Positions 14,892 to 21,727 of a stretch of 27,047 nucleotides of DNA are shown piece by piece (the stretch's first letter is position 1; each line of letters opens with the position of its first letter). A program made the position numbers and the translations under genes. The notes beneath the pieces were generated by a model. It did no database searches, was not told where the DNA came from, and saw nothing but the letters and a program-made list of their open reading frames with translations. This stretch comes from Campylobacterales bacterium (GTDB lineage: Bacteria; Campylobacterota; Campylobacteria; Campylobacterales; QNZT01): assembly GCA_015662615.1 (NCBI GenBank), contig DQTU01000039.1:1-27047 (forward strand), given 5' to 3'.

Positions 14892-16658
14892 ATGCAAAAA
14901 CTTATTTTTCTTTTTTTAATTATAACTTCATCTTTTAGTGCTGAAATAAACAAAGCGCTATATGAAGGGGACAATCTCTATATACAGTTTCAAAAAATTG
15001 AAAAAGATATTAATAGTAGCATAGCTCAAAAATTCAAAAACCCAGAAGTTATTTCACTTGAAACTTCAACACTTAAAAAACTCAAACAGCTCTATGCCGT
15101 CAAAGATGAAATAAGAGTATTTGAAACTGTAACACTTTCAAAAAAAAATATCACAGAACAAGAGTATTTAGCGGCTCTTTTTCTTTTGAGTGATCTTCAA
15201 CAAGAGATAAAACGACTTCAAAATAAAAAAAAGGATATACAAGAAAAACTTTTTTTATTAAAAGATGATATCCAAAACACCGTTCCCAATGAATCAAATC
15301 ATTCACTTTTAGCCCAGCAGATGCAATATGCATTTTACAAATTATCCCAAGATAAGATCAGTAAATCTCTCAAGCTCTATCTCAAACTTTTTAAAAATGA
15401 ATTTAAGTTATTTGAAGCAGCACTATCAAGAGTAAACTTTAAAGAGTTAAGCTCAAAAAAGATCATTAAAAATGTAGACTCAAAAATTAGCTCCCTTAAA
15501 GATAAAAATCTACTTTTGAGTATTGATAAGGATAGTGAAGCACTAACAGATGAGAAAGCACAAAAGATCATCATCAAAAAAGAGAAAAAAATTCAAGAAG
15601 AGACAGATATTACGATCATAAAAAAACTTCATGCTGAGATATTGCTCTCTTTAAAATGGTTAAAAGAGGAAAAGCAAGAGCCATTTTTATATGCTATTGA
15701 AATTATAGAAAATGATATAAGACTATTGAGTGAAAAAGAAAAAGTGAAATTTTCTTCTATCGCAGAGTTACTTCTAACCCTTGAGGAGAACCGGTTTGAC
15801 ACCAGCTCTGCTGCCATGGCTTCTACACAGATAGGGCTAAAATATATCACAAATAGTGCACTAAATGTGATCAATAAAACACTTTTTGTATATGAAGAGA
15901 AAGCTTTTTCACTTAAAACTATTTTAACCTTTATCATCTTTATCATTATCGGTTCTATTATCGCAAAAATCTATAAAAATATAGTAGATATGTTTCGAAA
16001 ATCAAATAGAATAAAAAGTCTTTCAATAGCAAGAATGATTGCTAATAGTGGCTATTATCTCATAATTTTGAGTACCTTTTTCTTCGCCCTTCAAAGTATC
16101 GGCCTGAATTTACACACCATATTTATAATCATCGGTGCAATTCTTGTCTGGATCGCTCTTGGACTTCAAGGGTTTATCTCTAACTATGCCATGGGAATAC
16201 TGATGAAAATTGACCGATCTATCCGTATCGGAGATCTGGTGGAGCTTAATTCTGATATAATTGGAACTGTTGATGATATGGATTTTCGTTCCGTCACAAT
16301 TCTCACAGGTGATCAAACACGCATTACCATTCCAAACTCTAAGTTTATCAGTGAAACTTTTATCAACCACTCACTAGAAGATCATATTAAGCGTTTTCAT
16401 ATCCATTTTAGTGCTGACAATAGGATCGATAATGATGTGGTACAAAAAGTAGTTTTAGAGGCACTTAAGGAAAGTAATATACCTTATATTGATACTGATG
16501 AAAAAAATCCTAAAGTCATTATCATAGATGTCAATAGAAAAATAGTAAGATACTCACTTCTTGTCTGGATTGATCAACATGGTGGATATGACATACCGGT
16601 AGAAAAATCGGCATTTTTAGCACTCATACACCTAAGTCTTAAAAAAGTTGCACTATAA
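14892..16658 (+). CDS. Mechanosensitive ion channel (MscS family) with large N-terminal periplasmic helical domain
   Basis: Signal-peptide-like N-terminus, ~320-aa helical region, three TMs, then LGLQGFISNY..GI..KIDRSIRIGDLVEL...GTVDDMDFRSVTI.T.D..RITIPNS.F. Confidence 0.92.
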   Translation: MQKLIFLFLIITSSFSAEINKALYEGDNLYIQFQKIEKDINSSIAQKFKNPEVISLETSTLKKLKQLYAVKDEIRVFETVTLSKKNITEQEYLAALFLLSDLQQEIKRLQNKKKDIQEKLFLLKDDIQNTVPNESNHSLLAQQMQYAFYKLSQDKISKSLKLYLKLFKNEFKLFEAALSRVNFKELSSKKIIKNVDSKISSLKDKNLLLSIDKDSEALTDEKAQKIIIKKEKKIQEETDITIIKKLHAEILLSLKWLKEEKQEPFLYAIEIIENDIRLLSEKEKVKFSSIAELLLTLEENRFDTSSAAMASTQIGLKYITNSALNVINKTLFVYEEKAFSLKTILTFIIFIIIGSIIAKIYKNIVDMFRKSNRIKSLSIARMIANSGYYLIILSTFFFALQSIGLNLHTIFIIIGAILVWIALGLQGFISNYAMGILMKIDRSIRIGDLVELNSDIIGTVDDMDFRSVTILTGDQTRITIPNSKFISETFINHSLEDHIKRFHIHFSADNRIDNDVVQKVVLEALKESNIPYIDTDEKNPKVIIIDVNRKIVRYSLLVWIDQHGGYDIPVEKSAFLALIHLSLKKVAL

Positions 16659-16659
16659 T
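16654..16659 (+). promoter_or_regulatory. Candidate -10 box for tgt, overlapping the MscS stop
   Basis: TATAAT at 16654-16659; predicted TSS ~16666, giving a ~108-nt leader. Confidence 0.45.
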
Positions 16660-16671
16660 CTCTTTAAAATA

Positions 16672-16746
16672 GCACACTGTGCGTGGGCATTCTGCCGAAG
16701 AACTCATTGCGGGTAGCGTAGCAAAAGGGACTTGTTCCTTTTGCGT
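16672..16746 (+). other. GC-rich structured intergenic element (REP-like repeat or leader RNA)
   Basis: 32/60 G+C in 16681-16740; stems GCAC/GTGC, GGCA/TGCC and GCAAAAGGGA-cttg-TTCCTTTTGC. Confidence 0.55.
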
Positions 16747-16773
16747 TATTAAATAAAAAAGATTAGGCAATAG

Positions 16774-17895
16774 ATGGAATTTCAACTAGACAACACCGAC
16801 GGAAACGCTAGAGCTTGCACAATTAAAACAGCACATTCAACAATTCAAACCCCTGTTTTTATGCCAGTAGGAACACTTGGAAGTATCAAAGCACTAGATA
16901 GTTTTGATATGATAGAACACTTAAAAACAGATATCATTTTAGCAAATACTTACCACCTCTATTTGAGACCTGGAGATGAAACCATTAAACACTTTGGAGG
17001 ACTGCACGGATTTGCAAATTATCCCAACAGTTTTTTAACAGATAGTGGAGGTTTTCAAGCCTTTTCACTCTCAAAAATGACAAAACAAGATGAAAATGGA
17101 ATCACTTTTAAAAGTCACATTGATGGCTCACTACATTACTTTACACCAGAGAAAGTGATAGATATCCAAAACAATTTAAACAGCGATATCATGATGGTTC
17201 TTGATGATTTAATCGCACTTCCGGCAGAAGAAGAACGGATAAAACTCTCTATTGAACGTACTACAAATTGGGCAAGAAAATCCATTGAATATCACAAGGC
17301 TCAACAATCAAAAGGAATTGGAATCCATCAAAATCTCTTTGCAATAGTTCAAGGCGGTATCGACAAAGCATTTCGAAAACTTTCAGCTACACAACTCACA
17401 GAGTTTGACTTTGATGGATTTGCTATTGGCGGTCTTAGTGTTGGTGAAGCAAATGCTGACATGTATGAAACAGTGGAATTTACTGTACCTTTTCTACCCA
17501 AAGATAAACCAAGATACCTCATGGGAGTTGGAACACCGGAGGATTTGATAGAAAACATTGAAAGAGGTATTGACATGTTTGACTGTGTTATGCCCACAAG
17601 AAACGCAAGAAACGGAACCCTCTTCACCTCTTTTGGGAAGATAAATATCAAAGGTGCCAAACATAAACTAAGTGATGAGTCAATCGACCCTGAGTGTTCA
17701 TGCCACACTTGTAAAAACTACTCACGAGGATATTTAAATCATCTATTTAGAGCCCATGAACTTACCTACTTTAGATTGGCAAGTTTACATAATTTACATT
17801 ATTATCTAACGCTCATGAGAGAAACAAGAGTTGCAATTCTTGAAAATAAATTTCAGGAGTTTAAAAAAGAATTTTATAACAAAAGGAACAAATAA
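16774..17895 (+). CDS. tgt: Queuine tRNA-ribosyltransferase (tRNA-guanine transglycosylase)
   Basis: [65 protein letters not shown], zinc C.C.TC...H motifs. Confidence 0.98.
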   Translation: MEFQLDNTDGNARACTIKTAHSTIQTPVFMPVGTLGSIKALDSFDMIEHLKTDIILANTYHLYLRPGDETIKHFGGLHGFANYPNSFLTDSGGFQAFSLSKMTKQDENGITFKSHIDGSLHYFTPEKVIDIQNNLNSDIMMVLDDLIALPAEEERIKLSIERTTNWARKSIEYHKAQQSKGIGIHQNLFAIVQGGIDKAFRKLSATQLTEFDFDGFAIGGLSVGEANADMYETVEFTVPFLPKDKPRYLMGVGTPEDLIENIERGIDMFDCVMPTRNARNGTLFTSFGKINIKGAKHKLSDESIDPECSCHTCKNYSRGYLNHLFRAHELTYFRLASLHNLHYYLTLMRETRVAILENKFQEFKKEFYNKRNK

Positions 17896-18155
17896 TGAAA
17901 GAGTTCATTAAAGTTTGGTTTCCTATACTGTTGCTAGTTGCTGCAGTTTTTTGGTTTAGTGCACAGTTTATCAAACCAGAAGCAGATAAAGCACTTACTA
18001 TTGCTACTGGACGAAGTGGTGGAAGTTATTTTACTTATGCATAGAGATATCAAACACTACTGCAAGAATATGGTATCGAAGTAAAAATTATAGAGCCTGC
18101 TGGTTCAATTGAAACACTAAATCTTTTGAAAGACCATCTTAAGAAAACCTTTTAG
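17895..18155 (+). pseudogene. Truncated TAXI-family TRAP solute-binding protein remnant with internal amber stop
   Basis: ATG overlaps the tgt TAA: [86 protein letters not shown] and GS.E.L.LL are TAXI N-terminal motifs; TAG at 18042-18044; ends after 86 codons. Confidence 0.8.
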
Positions 18156-18162
18156 CCCGAAA

Positions 18163-18201
18163 TTTGACAAATAACAAACAAAGTGTGTGTTATTTGTCAA
18201 A
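18163..18201. repeat. Long palindrome/hairpin
   Basis: TTTGACAAATAACA (18163-18176) / TGTTATTTGTCAAA (18188-18201) perfect 14 bp, extending to a 3-nt loop with one mismatch. Confidence 0.85.
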
Positions 18202-18235
18202 AAACCTATTATTTGTGCATTGTGTTGTATTATTT

Positions 18236-19021
18236 TTAAAGACTTTCCAAAACCCCTTCACAAAAACCAATCAACATTTTATTACCATGTTTAATTGCAC
18301 CTTTCAACAATATCTTCGACTTCTTCTCTATCTCTACTTTCACAACTTCTTTCTCTTTATGTTTTAAAAGTGCTTCTATCCTATACTTATCCATTGAGTG
18401 ATATTTAAAAGAGAGTTGCTCATGCCCAGCAAACTTAGTCGTCAAAACTTCATCTACCAGCCCTGCTTCAAAAGCATTCAAAACCCGAAGCCACATGTCA
18501 TAATCCTCACAAACCTCTAACGCTTCATCAAAATAGCCAACTTTATCAAATATAGTTTTATCAATCATGACTGTTGAAGGGGCAATTTTACAGAAGTTTA
18601 AATTTTCCTCAAAACAAAATCCACTTGGTTTTTTGTGCTGTTTTTTCTGTTTTACAGGTTTGCCGTCTCTTATCCACTCTTCTGCTGTATGTGAAAAAAG
18701 GATATGCGGATTATGCTGATGAAAAGCAAACTGTTGTTCTAGCTTATTTTTGTGCCAAACATCATCAGAGTCTAAAAAACAGATCCAACTATTTTTTACA
18801 GATTTGATTCCACTATTTCTTGCACTTGAAACTCCGCTATTTTTTTGTGTGATGATTTTGATTTTATCATTGAAAGATTTTAAAACTAACGGTGTATCGT
18901 CGTCTGAGCCATCATTCACAACGATGATCTCATCTGCTTTAAGCGATTGAGCCAAAACAGACTCAATCGCTCTTTTAACTAGAGATGGTCGATTATAAAC
19001 AGGTATAACTACTGAAATCAA
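18236..19021 (-). CDS. Family 2 (GT-A fold) glycosyltransferase
   Basis: ISVVIPVYNR, IIVVNDGSDD, NSGVSSARNSG, ICFLDSDD (DXD), EDYDMWLR; TTG start overlapping the dedA TGA. Confidence 0.95.
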   Translation of the reverse strand: MISVVIPVYNRPSLVKRAIESVLAQSLKADEIIVVNDGSDDDTPLVLKSFNDKIKIITQKNSGVSSARNSGIKSVKNSWICFLDSDDVWHKNKLEQQFAFHQHNPHILFSHTAEEWIRDGKPVKQKKQHKKPSGFCFEENLNFCKIAPSTVMIDKTIFDKVGYFDEALEVCEDYDMWLRVLNAFEAGLVDEVLTTKFAGHEQLSFKYHSMDKYRIEALLKHKEKEVVKVEIEKKSKILLKGAIKHGNKMLIGFCEGVLESL

Positions 19022-19581
19022 CTCTTTTTCTTAGTGACGTGTGAAAAGTACCACCAGATAAGTGAACCAAAAGTCAGTAGTACAAGTGGCATGATGATAG
19101 GATTTGATTTTACATAGCCAAAGGCACTAACGATTTGCTCTCCACCCCAAAAACTTAAAAGTCCAAAAAACAGCCCCCAAAGTATCGAAGCAGGTGCGTT
19201 TAAAATTCCAAACTTTGTAAAGCTAAACTTTGTCAAACCAAAAGCGATAGGGACTAGAGTTTTTACGCCATAGATATATTTTTGGATAAAAATAACCCAA
19301 TTTCCGTATTTTTTGATGAGCACATGAGAGAGTGCAAATTTTCTTCGGTGGTTTTTCATATACGGCTGTGTAAATTGTTTGTTATATCGAGCCATGTAAA
19401 ACAGGAACATATCCCCTATATAGTTTGCAGCAACTGCCACTGCTATAGAAGTTGTAATGTCCATTTTTCCTATATAGGATAATGCTCCAGCTGCAATTAG
19501 TGCGAAAAAACCCCCTCCAAATGAGTAGAGAAAAAGTATGATATATCCGTAAGTTGATAATGAGTTTAATAAGTCTTCCAC
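19018..19581 (-). CDS. DedA-family membrane protein
   Basis: YGYIILFL...AAGAL...G.M, ANYIGDMFLFY.AR, KYGNWVIFIQKYIYGVKT (DedA F..RF.P..R motif variant); GTG start abutting the ABC gene stop. Confidence 0.88.
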   Translation of the reverse strand: MEDLLNSLSTYGYIILFLYSFGGGFFALIAAGALSYIGKMDITTSIAVAVAANYIGDMFLFYMARYNKQFTQPYMKNHRRKFALSHVLIKKYGNWVIFIQKYIYGVKTLVPIAFGLTKFSFTKFGILNAPASILWGLFFGLLSFWGGEQIVSAFGYVKSNPIIMPLVLLTFGSLIWWYFSHVTKKKS

Positions 19582-21354
19582 TTAGTTTTTTCCTTGGTTG
19601 AAATATTGTGCAAAATGTCCGTCAAGTTTTAGCAGTTCACTCTTGCTTCCTGACTCTACAATTTCGCCTTGTTCGAGTACATAGATAAAGTCAGCCATAT
19701 TCACGGTACTTAAACGATGTGCGATGATTATAGTGGTTCTTGGTTTTAAAAACAATGCCAACTCATCAAAAAGTACATCTTCTGTCGTAACATCCAAAGA
19801 AGAGGTTGATTCATCTAAGATTACGATATTTGGTTGGGCAATGATCATCCTTGCTATTGAGAGTCGCTGTCTCTGACCACCTGAGAGTTTAATACCATTT
19901 TTTCCTACAAGTGCGTCTATCCCCTCTTCAAGACCTTCTGTAAAATCTCCAAGTTGAGCGATACGAAGCGCTTCGTGTATCTTATCATCACTAACCTCCT
20001 TACCAAAGGTCAAGTTAAATCGAATTGTTTCATTAAACATCATAGGACTTTGAAGTACCATGTAAACATTACTTCTTATGACATCTAAGCCTATCAATTG
20101 ACTATCCACACCATCAAATAAAATCTTTCCGCTTGCAGGAAAATAAAACCCAGCGATGATTTGCGCCAAAGTCGTTTTCCCACTTCCACTAGCCCCAACA
20201 ATGGCAACTTTACAACCTTTTGGAATTTGCATATTGATATCTTTTAAAACAGATTTATCTTTACTATATTCAAAATTGATATCTTTAAGCGTTATTTCAT
20301 TTGTAAATACGCCCTCAAAAGGGTCTTGTTCATGTGTAAACTCTGGTTCAGCCTTGAGTGCAAAAATAGCATTTATCCGCTCTAACGCAGCCTTGGCATT
20401 GTGAAAATCATACTGGATGTTGATAATCTCTTGAATAGGATTCATGATAACCCACAAGTAGCCAAAAACAGCAAACATAAGCCCGATACTTAAATCACTA
20501 TAAGCTACCATGAGAATTCCCATAGCTCTTAAAAACTCAAAACCTGCTAAAAACATCATATACGATTTTTTCTGAGATGCATCACTTTTATATCCAAAAT
20601 TTATTGCAGCGGTTTTGATTTCTTGGGCATCCCCGTCAAGTGCTGAAAAAAACTTTTTCTCACTATTGCTTGCACGCACTTGCCAAAAAAGGTCAAGTGT
20701 CTCATTTAGTGTATCTTGAAACTTAGAGATTTTGGCATTCTCCTCTTTTTTGAGAACCGAAACTTTTCGTGCAAATTTTGTCGTAAAAAAGACCGTTAAA
20801 GGATTTAAGATCAAGATAAAAAGTGCCAACTGCCAATGAATCATAAAAAGCACAATTCCAATCCCAATAATCGTCAAAACAGAAATCAAAAGCCGACTGA
20901 TAGAAGAGCTCAAAAACTTATCTACAGTTGCGATATCCACAACCATCAATGAAGAAATCTTCCCACTTCCAAAATGCTCATATTCGCTTAGTGAGAGCTT
21001 AGAGATATGATAAAGCAAATCTTGTCGTATCTTGTAAATAATCTCTTTAGAAATGATATTAAAATGCCAATTTTGCCACACAGTCAGAGCAAAGTAAGCC
21101 CCCCGAAGCACAACTGCTATCACAAAAGCAAGAAAGATATAAAAGTAAGGTTCATGTGAACCAAAGATATAGTTTGCAGTTTCTAAAAATTTTCCCGGTT
21201 TATCAAGCAGTATCTCATCTACCAAAAGTGGCATCATAAGAGGTACAGGAATACTCACAAAGACTGCAAAAAAAGCAATTATATTTGCCTTTATCAGCAT
21301 CGGTTTGTGTTTTAAAATCTCTTTGAAAATTTGGTTAAATGTATATTTTATCAT
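19582..21354 (-). CDS. ABC exporter half-transporter (TMD-NBD, MsbA/Sav1866-like)
   Basis: Multiple TMs, then GASGSGKT (Walker A), LSGGQRQRLSIAR signature, ILDESTSSLD, IIAHRLST. Confidence 0.95.
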   Translation of the reverse strand: MIKYTFNQIFKEILKHKPMLIKANIIAFFAVFVSIPVPLMMPLLVDEILLDKPGKFLETANYIFGSHEPYFYIFLAFVIAVVLRGAYFALTVWQNWHFNIISKEIIYKIRQDLLYHISKLSLSEYEHFGSGKISSLMVVDIATVDKFLSSSISRLLISVLTIIGIGIVLFMIHWQLALFILILNPLTVFFTTKFARKVSVLKKEENAKISKFQDTLNETLDLFWQVRASNSEKKFFSALDGDAQEIKTAAINFGYKSDASQKKSYMMFLAGFEFLRAMGILMVAYSDLSIGLMFAVFGYLWVIMNPIQEIINIQYDFHNAKAALERINAIFALKAEPEFTHEQDPFEGVFTNEITLKDINFEYSKDKSVLKDINMQIPKGCKVAIVGASGSGKTTLAQIIAGFYFPASGKILFDGVDSQLIGLDVIRSNVYMVLQSPMMFNETIRFNLTFGKEVSDDKIHEALRIAQLGDFTEGLEEGIDALVGKNGIKLSGGQRQRLSIARMIIAQPNIVILDESTSSLDVTTEDVLFDELALFLKPRTTIIIAHRLSTVNMADFIYVLEQGEIVESGSKSELLKLDGHFAQYFNQGKN

Positions 21355-21359
21355 ACTTT

Positions 21360-21365
21360 ATTGTA
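21360..21365 (-). promoter_or_regulatory. Candidate -10 box (TACAAT) 5 nt before the ABC ATG; possible leaderless mRNA
   Basis: Minus strand CGC-TACAAT-AAAGT-ATG with no SD. Confidence 0.4.
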
Positions 21366-21417
21366 GCGAAATGAGTTAAATATGTTATCATACTAGAAAC
21401 AGATAGGAATATTTACA

Positions 21418-21726
21418 ATGGATTTTCTTACCTTCAAAAGTTTTATCAGCACCGAAGTTTTAATCGTTTTTTATTACATGGGTGCTATCATCATGCCTAT
21501 TGTTATGTGGTTTTTTACCATGTAGATCATAGGAAAATTTAACATCCTAGGAGAGACTTATAAAAAAGGTAAAAAAATCATATGGAATTCTCTAAATAGA
21601 AATCAAAAAACTAAACTCATACTATGTTTTATCATCTGTTTCTTTTTTATAGAGCTATTTTGGAGAATGATGTTTGAATTTCTTATCGCTTATATGCAAA
21701 TTCGTGATGTGTTGGTACTAAACTAA
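21418..21726 (+). pseudogene. DUF4282-like small membrane protein interrupted by one in-frame TAG
   Basis: MDFLTFKSFISTEVLIVFYYMGAIIMPIVMWFFTM*IIGKF...ELFWRMMFEFLIAYMQIRDVL: both halves look like DUF4282 (recognised from memory); TAG at 21523-21525; SD AGGA and a TG-T-TATCAT box upstream. Confidence 0.78.
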
Positions 21727-21727
21727 A

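Noticed and set aside
16715-16770. Canonical preQ1 class I riboswitch upstream of tgt
   Set aside because: The A-rich tail ends AAAAAAGATTAG rather than AAAAAACTAA, and the loop lacks the conserved pattern with the ligand-pairing C; kept only as an unclassified element.
18042-21525. Genome-wide amber reassignment (pyrrolysine or alternative code)
   Set aside because: TAG ends yqeY, the helicase and mfd at their expected C-termini; the TAXI gene is truncated regardless; no pyl genes or suppressor tRNA in the window.
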